Shown: positions 18,991 to 28,528 of the stretch, piece by piece
How positions within the stretch are numbered: the stretch's first letter is position 1
Layout of the letters: each line of letters opens with the position of its first letter
Origin: an uncultured Acidobacteriota bacterium
GTDB lineage: Bacteria > Acidobacteriota > Vicinamibacteria > Vicinamibacterales > CAVVIG01
Direction: 5' to 3'
Length of the DNA: 64,000 nucleotides
Assembly (NCBI GenBank): GCA_963794305.1
Contig: CAWCDQ010000012.1
Location: 7,884-71,883 of the forward strand
Program-made: the position numbers and the translations under genes
The notes under the pieces: model-generated
What the model was told of the DNA's origin: nothing
Database searches by the model: none
The model's input: only the letters and a program-made list of their open reading frames with translations

Positions 18991-20901
18991 ATGAACGAGT
19001 CGAACGAGCGGCGCGATCTGGGGATGGATCGCCGGATCCCACGGCGCGACTTTCTCAACGGCGTCGCGGTCGCGATTGGCGGGGCGTGCGCCGCGTCCCG
19101 GATCGCCGCGCTCGGCGCCGACGGATTCGCGAAGGCGGCGCAGGCAGGCGCGCCCGCAGCCGCCGACTACCCGCCGGCGCTCACGGGCTTGCGCGGAAAC
19201 TATCCCGAGGCGGTCGACGCGTTCGCCCCGATGCAGCGCGGCGCGTATCGTCAATTCCCGGCGCTGGACGTCGACACGCACGAAGAGTACGACCTGGTCG
19301 TTGTCGGCGGTGGGATTTCCGGACTCGCCGCCGCGCACTTCTGGCGCCGCGCGCTCGGCACGAACCAGCGAATCCTCGTGCTCGACAACCACGACGACTT
19401 CGGCGGTCACGCGAAGCGCAACGAGTTCACGTACCAGGGCCGCACCTTCATCGGCTACGGCGGCACCCAGAGTATCGCGACACCCTATCCGTACAGCTAC
19501 ACGGCGAAGCGGCTGATCGAGGAGCTCGGCATCGAGGTCGAGCGCAACGGCGAGTTCGCCAACCGCGGCGCGCTCGCGAAGCTCGGGCCGTCGATGTTCT
19601 TCGACAAGGAGCACTTCGGCGAGGATCGCCTCGTCGCTGGAAACGGCCGCCTCCCGTGGCCGGAGTTTCTGCGGCAGGTGCCGCTGCCGGAGCACGCCCG
19701 CCACGATCTGATTCGCCTCTACGGCAAGAATCCCGACTATCTAACGGGCATGAGCGCCGAGCAGAAGCTCGCAACGCTCGCGCGAATCAGCTGGCAGGAG
19801 TTCCTCCTGAAGCACGCGAAGATGTCGCCGGACGCGCTGCCGTTTTTCCTGGGACAGGGTGGCCGCAACAACAAACGGGTGGATACGACGCCGGCGCTCG
19901 AGGCCGCGCGGCGCGGCTCGGTCGGCTTCAACGGTCTCGGCCTGACGTTCGAGGAAGAGTTCCGCGAATCGTCGTACACGTTTCATTTTCCCGACGGCAA
20001 CGCGTCGATCGCGCGGCTCCTCGTCAACCGGCTGGTGCCGTCGGCGCTTCCCGGGAAGCAGACGATGGAGACGATCGTTCAGGCGCCGATGGCGTACGGC
20101 AAGCTCGACGATCCCAAATCGGATGTCCGCGTCCGGCTGAAGAGCACGGTGGTGCGCGTCGAACACGAGGGCGAGCCGCGGCACGCCGAACGCGTTCGCG
20201 TCGCGTACCGGCGCGACGGCAAGACCTGCGGCGTCAGGGCACGCCATGTGATTCTCGCCTGCTACAACGCGCTGATTCCGTCGCTGGTGCCGGAGCTGCC
20301 CGCCGCGCAGAAGGATGCGCTCGCGTACTCCGTCAAAGTGCCGATGATGTACAACAACGTGCTGATCCGCCGCTGGACCGCGTTCGAGAAGCTGGGCGTC
20401 TCGAACATCTCGGCGCCGGGCATGTACCACACGAGCTGCGGACTCGATCCGGGCACGTCGATCGGCGGCTATCGCGGCGTGACGACGGCCGAGGAGCCGA
20501 TCATCGTGCGGTTCGTGCGCAATCCCAACAAGCCGGGCCTTCCGAGGCGCGAGCAGAACCGGGCGGGACAGCAGGAGCTGCTGTCGATGTCGTTCGAGCA
20601 ATTCGAGCTCGAGATTCGGCGCCAGCTCGCGCGGATGCTCGGCAGCGGCGGCTTCGATCCGTCCGCCGACATCGTCGGCATCACCGTGAATCGATGGCCG
20701 CACGGCTACGCCTACACGTACGACACGCTCGGCGATCCCGACGTGCCGCCCGAACAGCGGCCGCACGTGGTGGGACGTCAGCGGTTCGGGCGCATCGCGA
20801 TTGCCAATGCGGACGCCGGAGCGGGCGCGTTCACCAACCAGGCGATCGACGAAGCCAACCGCGCAGTCGAGGAGTTGTTCGTGGCCGGCGGTCTGGCCTG
20901 A
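18991..20901 (+). CDS. Tat-exported FAD/NAD(P)-binding amine oxidoreductase (spermidine dehydrogenase-like)
   Basis: Intact 636 aa. Twin-arginine signal (RRIPRRDFLNGVAVAIGGA), dinucleotide-binding fold (YDLVVVGGGISGLAAAHFW) and a C-terminal amine-oxidase-like region. Confidence 0.75.
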   Translation: MNESNERRDLGMDRRIPRRDFLNGVAVAIGGACAASRIAALGADGFAKAAQAGAPAAADYPPALTGLRGNYPEAVDAFAPMQRGAYRQFPALDVDTHEEYDLVVVGGGISGLAAAHFWRRALGTNQRILVLDNHDDFGGHAKRNEFTYQGRTFIGYGGTQSIATPYPYSYTAKRLIEELGIEVERNGEFANRGALAKLGPSMFFDKEHFGEDRLVAGNGRLPWPEFLRQVPLPEHARHDLIRLYGKNPDYLTGMSAEQKLATLARISWQEFLLKHAKMSPDALPFFLGQGGRNNKRVDTTPALEAARRGSVGFNGLGLTFEEEFRESSYTFHFPDGNASIARLLVNRLVPSALPGKQTMETIVQAPMAYGKLDDPKSDVRVRLKSTVVRVEHEGEPRHAERVRVAYRRDGKTCGVRARHVILACYNALIPSLVPELPAAQKDALAYSVKVPMMYNNVLIRRWTAFEKLGVSNISAPGMYHTSCGLDPGTSIGGYRGVTTAEEPIIVRFVRNPNKPGLPRREQNRAGQQELLSMSFEQFELEIRRQLARMLGSGGFDPSADIVGITVNRWPHGYAYTYDTLGDPDVPPEQRPHVVGRQRFGRIAIANADAGAGAFTNQAIDEANRAVEELFVAGGLA

Positions 20902-21185
20902 TCGCTACCGCCAAGACAACTCCGTCTCGATTGCGGACGCCAGCCGCGCTTCAAGTCATGAAAGCGAAATCACGTTGAGAGGGCCTTGCCGGCCCATCCG
21001 GTAGAGCTTACGCAGTCGCGCGGCGAATGGTTGACCTTACGAGTTCCGCACGGATTCTTTTCACCGCAACCTCACTTTTCTCTCACCCATCCCTCACACG
21101 CCGCTCTCGCGCTGTTCATAGCATTCATCAAGCAAGTCGTAGTAGGCCACGAGGGGCCGCGGCTGACGACGGGCAAGGAGTGTTC

Positions 21186-23591
21186 ATGAGCAAACGACAG
21201 CTTTTCGTTCGGATTCTGGCGGCGGCACTACTCGTCGGGCCATTCCTGTTGAGCGGGGCGGAATGGGCCGGCAGCGGACCGGCATCGGCGGCATCGAAAA
21301 AACACAGAGCGGCTGCGACGCGGTCGAGCCCCATCGCCATCACTCACGACGACGCCTTCGTCTGGAGCGTCAATCCCGACAACGATTCGGTCTCCGTGTT
21401 CCGTGTTCCGAACGACGAGAACATCAAGGTCGCCGAGATTGCGGTGGGCAAGGAACCGTGGTGCGTGGCCGTCACGCCGGACGATGAGAAGGCCTACGTG
21501 ACGAACATGGCGAGCGGCACGGTGTCGGTCATCAGCACGTTCAGCAGACAGGTCATCGACACAATCAAGGTTGGCACCGAACCATTTGGCTGCGCTATCA
21601 GCCCGGACGGGAGGGATCTGTACGTTGCGAATCAATCGTCAGGCACCGTTTCGGTGATCAACACGCGGCGCGACAAAGTAACCGAGACGATCGAAAACGT
21701 CGGCGTCAAACCGCACGGCATCGCGATCAGCGCTGACGGCGCGCGCGTGTTCGTCACGCAGTTCCTCGCCCTGAAACCCGAAGACGATCCGCGCCCCTTG
21801 ACACAGAGCGAAGGGGCTGACGACGGGCGCGAGGGGCGCGTGACCGTCATCAAGGCCAGCAACAACAAGGTCATCGGCACGATCCGGCTGACGCCGCTCG
21901 CCGACGTCGGGGCCGCCTTCAGGTCTGACGGCAACACCCTGAATCGTGAGCCGCTCAGCGGCACCCTGGACAACGTGACGGGAGCGTTTCCGAACCTGCT
22001 CGAGTCGATCACGATCAAGGATGACCTCGCATACATCCCGGGCACGTGCTCGTCGCCCAACGGGCCATTCCGGTTCAACGTCAATGTTCAGAGCTGCCTC
22101 TCCACCATCGACATCAAGGAGAAGACTGAAGCGTTCAAGACCCTCAACATGAACGTCGGCGTCAACTTCGAGCCCGTGGGCAGGAAGCTGTTCAACACCA
22201 ACCCATTCGCGGTCGCGTTCAAGCAATCGGCCGACGAAGGGTTCATCACCCTGGGGGCAACGAATCGGCTGCTCCGGGTCACGCTGAACAGCGACGGGTC
22301 CCCGACGATCAATCCGCCGCTCAACGCGAATGACCCAGGCAACATCGTTCGCATACAACTCAAGGATCCGGGCGAAATCAACCTGCCCGATCCCGACGAC
22401 ACGATTGGCGGACACAACCCTCGCGGCGTCGTCTTGAACTCGGACGACACCCGCGCTTACGTCATGGACTTTCTCTCGCGCGACATCGCCATCGTCGACG
22501 TCTCGGGAAATGATCCGCAGCTCTACAGGACGCTCGCGAGAGTGCAGTCGGCCGATCTGCCGGCGGCCGGCACCGATGCAGGGGTCGCGCACCGCGGCAA
22601 ATATCTGTTCAACACCGCGATCGGGCCGGAAGGAAGTCAGCCGAACTCGGTGCGCCCGTCGGGCCGGATGTCCGACACCGGGTGGGGGTCCTGCTACAGC
22701 TGCCACCCCAATGCGTTGACCGACACGGTCACGTGGATGTTCGCCGATGGGCCGCGGCAGGCGATCTCGATGGAGAGCACGTTTGAGTTCGGCGCGGCGA
22801 CGATCGCGAATGGCGCACCCGTTCTGCCCGATTCGCATCAGCGCGCGCTGAACTGGTCAGCGGTACGGGATGAAGTGCAGGACTTCACGCGTAACGTCCG
22901 GGCAGTGTCCGGCGGTGGCGGGCTGGTGAGAGTCGATGCGAACGGCAATCCCGTGCCCGAAGGGACAGCCGGTCTGGCGCAGCTGCCGGATCTGCGGCCG
23001 ACGGCCAACGGCGGTCTGAATGCCGACCTGGACGCCATCGCCACTTATCTGGCAACAGGCGTGCGGGCGCCGATTTCGCCGATTCCGGCGCACAACGTGC
23101 GGGCGGCGATCGGCCGCGCGATCTTCGAAGTTCAGGGTTGCCAGAACTGCCACGGCGGCAAGAACTGGACGATCAGCGCGCTTGACTCCGCACCGCCGCC
23201 GCTCGCCACCGAGGTTGTGGACGCACAGCTGGTCAGGTTCCTATGCCGCGTCGGCACGTTCGATCCGTCCCTCTTCACCGACGGCGTGAGCAACGAGATT
23301 CGCGCCAATGCCGCAGCCAACACGCAGGCGCGCGGCACACTCGGCTTCAACGTGCCGTCGCTCATCTCGGTGTTTGCAAGCGCCCCCTACCTGCACAGCG
23401 GCGCGGCGGCGTCGCTGGATGACGTGCTCGCAAACGTGACACACCGCACGGCCGGCCGCGCCGACCGCGCGGACTTCCTGGGCGTCCCGGCATTTCGCCG
23501 GTTCCTCGTTCAGTTCCTGAGGTCAATCGATCGCGATACACCGCCAGTCCTCGACGTCAACCCGCCGCTGGACGTCTGCGGACCCCAATAG
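21186..23591 (+). CDS. secreted YVTN-type beta-propeller protein with two c-type haem motifs
   Basis: SD AAGGAG before ATG 21186, then a signal peptide. YVTN repeats (KAYVTNMASGTVSVIS.., DLYVANQSSGTVSVIN..). CxxCH appears twice (CYSCHP, CQNCHGG) in the C-terminal third, resembling a di-haem peroxidase/MauG. Confidence 0.75.
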   Translation: MSKRQLFVRILAAALLVGPFLLSGAEWAGSGPASAASKKHRAAATRSSPIAITHDDAFVWSVNPDNDSVSVFRVPNDENIKVAEIAVGKEPWCVAVTPDDEKAYVTNMASGTVSVISTFSRQVIDTIKVGTEPFGCAISPDGRDLYVANQSSGTVSVINTRRDKVTETIENVGVKPHGIAISADGARVFVTQFLALKPEDDPRPLTQSEGADDGREGRVTVIKASNNKVIGTIRLTPLADVGAAFRSDGNTLNREPLSGTLDNVTGAFPNLLESITIKDDLAYIPGTCSSPNGPFRFNVNVQSCLSTIDIKEKTEAFKTLNMNVGVNFEPVGRKLFNTNPFAVAFKQSADEGFITLGATNRLLRVTLNSDGSPTINPPLNANDPGNIVRIQLKDPGEINLPDPDDTIGGHNPRGVVLNSDDTRAYVMDFLSRDIAIVDVSGNDPQLYRTLARVQSADLPAAGTDAGVAHRGKYLFNTAIGPEGSQPNSVRPSGRMSDTGWGSCYSCHPNALTDTVTWMFADGPRQAISMESTFEFGAATIANGAPVLPDSHQRALNWSAVRDEVQDFTRNVRAVSGGGGLVRVDANGNPVPEGTAGLAQLPDLRPTANGGLNADLDAIATYLATGVRAPISPIPAHNVRAAIGRAIFEVQGCQNCHGGKNWTISALDSAPPPLATEVVDAQLVRFLCRVGTFDPSLFTDGVSNEIRANAAANTQARGTLGFNVPSLISVFASAPYLHSGAAASLDDVLANVTHRTAGRADRADFLGVPAFRRFLVQFLRSIDRDTPPVLDVNPPLDVCGPQ

Positions 23592-23623
23592 CGCCGGCCT
23601 TCCTCGGGTAATTCTTCTGACAA

Positions 23624-23649
23624 CGGACCCGGCGCACGCGCCGGGTCCG
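23624..23649. terminator. perfect 12-bp-arm palindrome between convergent genes (candidate bidirectional terminator hairpin)
   Basis: CGGACCCGGCGC-ac-GCGCCGGGTCCG read directly. It lies 33 nt after the stop of 21186-23591 and 88 nt after the stop of 23737-24621. No clear U-tract. Confidence 0.45.
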
Positions 23650-23736
23650 CATCTCGCAAATATCGCGTCACCTACGATAGACTCTCCGCCCATCGGAGGA
23701 GAGTGGTCGGGGTAAAAGATGGCTCGGCCAGTTTCC

Positions 23737-24621
23737 CTACGTCGGAACCGGCGAATCCGGATGCGTCGAATATCGTCCGCCGCCGCTGGGTTTCGCGATG
23801 AAGTCGCCCCAGTTCACGTCGGCCCAGACCTTGAGCTTCGTGTCGTACAGGAAAATCGTCGAGTCCGGCTGACGCGCGCAGGACAGATGCAGGACCGCGC
23901 GATAGAGCGCATCGAGCGTGGGGCGGTAGTGGCCGCTGTTCGCGCTGATCTTCTTCAGCTTTCCCTTCCGCACGATCCACTCGCCGGCGCAGATCACGCC
24001 GTCAGTTCCGAACGAGCTGTGATGCACCTGCTTGAGCTGGCAGACCGATGAATAGAACGTCACGTCGTCCGAGCCGGGCGGACACATGCACACCCACATG
24101 ACGCCCTCGTCGCGCCAGTCGTCGGGCACGGGAAACTCCACGCCGTTGGCGGCGCCCAGCTTGGCCGCTCCCTGCGGCGGCAACAGGCCCTTGATCGTTC
24201 CGGTGTCGAGGACCTGACCGTCGAGCCGCGTCATGGTGGACTCGATCTTCACGACGAACGGCTGTCGTTGCGCGTCGACGTAGCGCGCCACGTGGTTGAG
24301 CCGATCGTATTCGTAAAGGTCGGCGTCAAGCGGAAGGTTGATGCGCTTGTACTCCGTGTCCGGCTCTAGCAGACCCTTCTTGGGTTTCTCCGGCCCCTTG
24401 TCCGTGAACTTGTACGGCCCGCTCGGCGGCGTCACCGAGGCCTGCCGGAGGAGTGGCGGCTTCTCTTCCGGCGGCGGCTTCAGGACGTCCATCGGCAGGC
24501 GAGTCAGCGGCGGCTTGAAGAAGAGTTCGATGACCGGGTCTTTCTCGGCGGCGACCACGGCGGCGTCGTGATCGGCCTTGTCGTACTTGTCGTAACGCGA
24601 GTTGGCAGGCGGAAAAGCCAT
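23737..24621 (-). CDS. hypothetical protein (orphan, 294 aa)
   Basis: Intact ORF with normal third-position GC bias. No signal peptide. The N-terminus is Pro/Lys-rich and probably disordered. The C-terminal globular part holds clustered Cys/His (VMWVCMCPPGSDD..QVHHSSFGTDGVICAGEW..ANSGHYRPT). No family recognised. Confidence 0.6.
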   Translation of the reverse strand: MAFPPANSRYDKYDKADHDAAVVAAEKDPVIELFFKPPLTRLPMDVLKPPPEEKPPLLRQASVTPPSGPYKFTDKGPEKPKKGLLEPDTEYKRINLPLDADLYEYDRLNHVARYVDAQRQPFVVKIESTMTRLDGQVLDTGTIKGLLPPQGAAKLGAANGVEFPVPDDWRDEGVMWVCMCPPGSDDVTFYSSVCQLKQVHHSSFGTDGVICAGEWIVRKGKLKKISANSGHYRPTLDALYRAVLHLSCARQPDSTIFLYDTKLKVWADVNWGDFIAKPSGGGRYSTHPDSPVPT

Positions 24622-24700
24622 AGTTGCGCTCTGCGCAGCGCTCCTTTATGGATGAGGTTTCGCGCGCGAGTATAGCAGAGGCTCAGAGTGGAGAACCGTC

Positions 24701-24706
24701 TATAAT
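24701..24706 (+). promoter_or_regulatory. consensus -10 hexamer TATAAT, 9 nt upstream of the TTG start at 24716
   Basis: Read directly. A perfect TATAAT is rare in this GC-rich DNA. Confidence 0.35.
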
Positions 24707-24715
24707 CCGGGCATC

Positions 24716-27082
24716 TTGCGCACCATTTCACTCTTAGCGGTGAGCGGAATCGCGATCGCCGCGACACTGGCCGCGCACGCGCAGAGTGTGAATCGCGGCT
24801 GGACGATCGTCGGCGCCGAGATGGCGGATGGCAGCGGTGCGCCGCTGCGGCATGCGAACGTCCGCTTCGTCAACGACCGCATCGTCGCGGTCGGCGATGT
24901 GAAGCCACAAAAGGGCGACGAAGTCGTGGACGGCAAGGGGCTCGTCGTCGCGCCAGGCTTCATCGACATTCACAACCACTCATCGTCCGGCCTGGCGGAC
25001 GATCCGGCCGCCGAGACGCAGATCGCGCAGGGGATCACCACCGTGGTGCTCGGGCCCGACGGCGATTCTCCCTGGCCGATCGGCGAGTACCTCTCGGAGC
25101 GACGGCGCGCGCCCTCGTCCGTCAACGTCGCCACGTTTGTCGGGCATGCCACCGTGCGACGGCAGGTGATGAAGGACGACTACAAGCGCGCCGCCCGGGC
25201 CGAGGAGGTCGCGCGGATGGCGCTGCTCGTCGATCAGGGCATGCGCGAGGGCGCGGCCGGGCTGTCGAGCGGCCTCGAGTACGAAGTGGGCGGCTATGCC
25301 GAGACGAGCGAGCTCGTCGAGCTCGCAAAGGTGGTGGCGCGCTACGGCGGCGTCTACATGTCGCACATACGCGACGAGGCCGACAAGAGCTTCGACGCGC
25401 TGAAGGAAGCGATCGCGATCGGTGAAGGTGCCCACGTCGCCGTGCAGATCTCCCACATCAAGCTCGGCACCGTCGGCGTGTGGCGCAAGAGCGCCGAAGC
25501 GATTGCGCTGATCGAAGGCGCGCGCGCACGCGGCGTGGACGTGACCGCGGACGCGTATCCCTACAATGCGTGGAGCTCGACGATCACAGTGCTGGTGCCC
25601 GACAAGCGGTACGACCATCCGCCGAGCGTCGAGAAGGCGCTCGCCGACGTGGGCGGCGCCGCCAATGTGCTCATCGTCCGCCACGCGGCGCATCCGGACT
25701 ACGAGTTCCGCACGCTGGAGGCCGTGGCGAAGGAGCAGCACAAGACGCCGGTCGATCTGTTCATCCAGATCGTCAAGGACGGCGGCGCCGGCGTCGTCTG
25801 TACCTCGATGGTCGACGAGGATATTCGTGCGTTCTACTCGCGCCCGTGGGTGATGGTCGCGAGCGACGGCGGCATTGCGACGCGACATCCGCGCGGCGCC
25901 GGCACCTTTCCACGCGTGCTCGGCCGCTACGTCCGCGACGATCGGTGGCTGACGCTGCCCGAGGCGATCCGGAAGATGACCAGCGCGCCGGCCGCCAGGC
26001 TCCGCCTCGAAGGCCGCGGGCATATCGAGGTCGGCGCGATTGCCGACCTCGTGCTGTTCAACGCCAAAACGATTGTTGACCGGTCGACGTTCACCGATCC
26101 GGCGGTTCTGCCGACCGGCGTCGAAAAAGTGTTCATCGGCGGCGAGCTCGCGTGGGACAACGGCAAGCCGGCGCCGGCGAGGCCGGGGAAAGTGCTGATG
26201 TCCGGCCACACGCCGGCGGAGACCGATGCGGGCGCCTATCGCCTGGTTCCGAACTGGGGAACGTTGCCGGCCGGCCTTCAGTTCGGCGAGGTGCCCGGCA
26301 TGACGATCGACGACGCGGGACGCGTGTTCGCGTTCACGCGCGCCGAGCCGCCGGTCATCGAGTTCGACCCGTCGGGCAAGGTTCTCAAGACGTGGGGCGA
26401 GAAGATGTTCGTCTGGCCTCACGGCATCCGTGTGGATCGCAACGGGTTCCTGTGGATCACCGACGGCCGCGCGCGCAACGGCATCGGACAGCAGGTGTTC
26501 AAGTTCACGCGCGACGGTCAGCTGGTGATGACGCTCGGCAAGAAGGGCGTGTCAGGCGACGGCCCGGACACCTTCAACAGCCCCACCGACGTCGCCGTCG
26601 CGCCAAACGGTGACATCTTCGTGTCGGACGGCCACGTCAACTCGCGCATCGTGAAGTTCTCGAGCGACGGCACGTTCATCAAGGCCTGGGGCAAGCGCGG
26701 CGAAGGTCCCGGCGAGTTCAACGTGCCTCACACGATGTTCTTCGACTCGCGCGGCCGGCTGCTCGTCGGCGATCGCGCCAATCGCCGGATCCAGATCTTC
26801 GACCAGGACGGGACGTTTCTCGATCAGTGGACGCAGTTCGGATCGCCCAGCGGCATCTTCATCGCGCCGGACGACACGCTCTATGTCGTCGACTACAACG
26901 ACAAGATGGCGCTCATCGTCGGCAACGCGAAGGATGGTTCGATACGGACGCGGAGCGAGCAGGTGCTGGCTGAAGGCGTGGCGGTGGACAAGCAGGGATC
27001 GATCTACGTCGGCGAAACCGTGATCGGCCACCTCGGCGACACAATCACCGGACACACGGTCAAGAAGCTGGTGAAAAAGTAG
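24716..27082 (+). CDS. N-acyl-D-amino-acid deacylase (D-aminoacylase) family amidohydrolase fused to a peptidyl-alpha-hydroxyglycine alpha-amidating lyase (PAL)-like NHL beta-propeller
   Basis: Intact 788 aa with a signal peptide (AIAATLAAHAQS). Amidohydrolase motifs: GFIDIHNHS, YMSHIRDE, ISHIKL, HPRGAGTFPRVLG. C-terminal NHL blades: WPHGIRVDRNGFLWITD, FNSPTDVAVAPNGDIFVSDGHVNSRIVKFSSDG, EFNVPHTMFF, VGDRANRRIQIFDQDG. Confidence 0.85.
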   Translation: MRTISLLAVSGIAIAATLAAHAQSVNRGWTIVGAEMADGSGAPLRHANVRFVNDRIVAVGDVKPQKGDEVVDGKGLVVAPGFIDIHNHSSSGLADDPAAETQIAQGITTVVLGPDGDSPWPIGEYLSERRRAPSSVNVATFVGHATVRRQVMKDDYKRAARAEEVARMALLVDQGMREGAAGLSSGLEYEVGGYAETSELVELAKVVARYGGVYMSHIRDEADKSFDALKEAIAIGEGAHVAVQISHIKLGTVGVWRKSAEAIALIEGARARGVDVTADAYPYNAWSSTITVLVPDKRYDHPPSVEKALADVGGAANVLIVRHAAHPDYEFRTLEAVAKEQHKTPVDLFIQIVKDGGAGVVCTSMVDEDIRAFYSRPWVMVASDGGIATRHPRGAGTFPRVLGRYVRDDRWLTLPEAIRKMTSAPAARLRLEGRGHIEVGAIADLVLFNAKTIVDRSTFTDPAVLPTGVEKVFIGGELAWDNGKPAPARPGKVLMSGHTPAETDAGAYRLVPNWGTLPAGLQFGEVPGMTIDDAGRVFAFTRAEPPVIEFDPSGKVLKTWGEKMFVWPHGIRVDRNGFLWITDGRARNGIGQQVFKFTRDGQLVMTLGKKGVSGDGPDTFNSPTDVAVAPNGDIFVSDGHVNSRIVKFSSDGTFIKAWGKRGEGPGEFNVPHTMFFDSRGRLLVGDRANRRIQIFDQDGTFLDQWTQFGSPSGIFIAPDDTLYVVDYNDKMALIVGNAKDGSIRTRSEQVLAEGVAVDKQGSIYVGETVIGHLGDTITGHTVKKLVKK

Positions 27083-27096
27083 CGCGGCTCGACGCG

Positions 27097-27546
27097 CTAT
27101 TTGATCTCCTGAAACCGCACTTCGAGATACGTCAGCGTTCCCTCCAGATCCTTGTACCAGTGCGGGGCGCCAGCCGGCACGAGCACGACATCACCTTTGG
27201 CCACGTGGCGCGTCTGGCCTCCCTCGATCGTCGCGCTGCCGGCCGCGGCTCCCGCGGCGCGGACGATGGCGCCGCCGGTCACGAGCGTGCCGGCGCCGCT
27301 GATGATGTGATGCACCTCGATGAATCCGGGGTGCGCGATGGCGCCCTGCGGCCTGGTTCGCTCGACGACGTTGATGCGGTAGTGATCCGTGTTTTGCACC
27401 GGCGCGGTGTGCATGTCGGGCGCGCTCTTCGCCGTTTCCTTGAGCGTCGCCGTCAATTCGGCATCGCTCAAGTAGGTGGCCGGCGCGGGCGCCCCGGTCT
27501 GGGCCGCACCCACCAGAGCGATCAACATGACGAGCGCCGACTTCAT
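27097..27546 (-). CDS. secreted cupin domain protein
   Basis: Start ATG 27546 (MKSALVMLIALVGAAQTGA) forms an ATGA overlap with the upstream gene's stop. Cupin strands: GFIEVHHIISGAGTLVTGG..GDVVLVPAGAPHWY. Confidence 0.7.
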   Translation of the reverse strand: MKSALVMLIALVGAAQTGAPAPATYLSDAELTATLKETAKSAPDMHTAPVQNTDHYRINVVERTRPQGAIAHPGFIEVHHIISGAGTLVTGGAIVRAAGAAAGSATIEGGQTRHVAKGDVVLVPAGAPHWYKDLEGTLTYLEVRFQEIK

Positions 27547-28476
27547 TTCTGCGTCTTCTGCTTCTGCTGATCCTCGAAGCGCGCGCCCTTCAGGACGCCT
27601 TCGAGACCGTAGTTGCTCTCGTGGCAGGCATATTCGTAAATCAATTCGTCGGTGCGCGTCATCGGGATGGAAGCGCTCCACTTCGCCGTCCACGTCGACG
27701 GATCGTCGACCGTGAACTCGTAGCGAAGCGTGTCCTTGTCCACGCGGGTGAACCGTTCCACCAGGTGCATTTTCGACGAAGCGCCCCGGAAGCCGGCCTC
27801 CTGCGAGAAATTGGTCGTGTCGACCACCAGCGTCTCGCCTTCCCAGTGCCCGACTGAATCACCGGTGAGCGACCTGATGTTCGCCGGTGCGTGCGGCCGG
27901 CCGTCCAGCGGCACGATGCGCGCGCTGTGAATCATCTCGTTCAGGATGACGACGTGGTCGCGCGTCTGCACCAGCTGCATGTTGTTGTTGTAGGCGCTGG
28001 GGATCATCGGCGGACCCGAGTTGAATCCCAGCACGCATCGTTCGGCGAGCGGCCGTTCCTCGGGGTTGTCGTACTTGCCGCGGCGATCGGCGGCGCGCTT
28101 CTGTGCCTCCGGGGTGAGCGGCGGGACGCGCCCGTCCGGCGGATCCACGACCAATGACGTCTGCTTCGCGATCCGCTTGCCGAAGTCCCACCAGAAGTCG
28201 TTGTAGGCGCGCTCGACGTCGGCGGCGGCGCCGCCGCCGCGATTGTCCTTGTTGCCGCTCTCGATCCGCTGCTGCGCGAACTCCTCCGCCTCCTCGTCGC
28301 TCAGGGAGCTTTTGCCGGCGAATGCGCCGGGACGTTCGAACGGCGTGAGCTGCGCGAAGTCCCACGTGCCCTGAAGGTCGGGGTGGCCGTCCGGCGTGGG
28401 CCACCTTCGGCTTCGCCGTCTGGCCGGAGACCACCACGGCGGAGAGGAGGAAAATCCCGAGGAAAACGGAACGCAT
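27543..28476 (-). CDS. conserved secreted hypothetical protein, paralogue 2 (1 frame break near 28395)
   Basis: ATG 28476 with signal peptide MRSVFLGIFLLSAVVVSGQ. After a 1-nt shift it reads PDGHPDLQGTWDF..LVVDPPDGRVP..YNNNMQLVQTRDHVVILNEMIHSARIVPLDGR..LIYEYACHESN. Paralogous to 16663-17572. Confidence 0.6.
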
Positions 28477-28505
28477 ACAGCCGCTCCTTTCGTCGTCGGG
28501 CCGAT

Positions 28506-28511
28506 TATAAT
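28506..28511 (+). promoter_or_regulatory. consensus -10 hexamer TATAAT upstream of 28529 (SD GGAGG at 28519-28523)
   Basis: Read directly in the 52-bp divergent intergenic region. Confidence 0.35.
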
Positions 28512-28528
28512 CGCGGCCGGAGGCGGGA

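Noticed and set aside
24626-24641. GCGCTctgcgcAGCGC as a shared operator of the divergent orphan and D-aminoacylase genes
   Set aside because: It consists only of short, overlapping GC-rich palindromes, of a kind expected by chance in this composition. There is no supporting second site.
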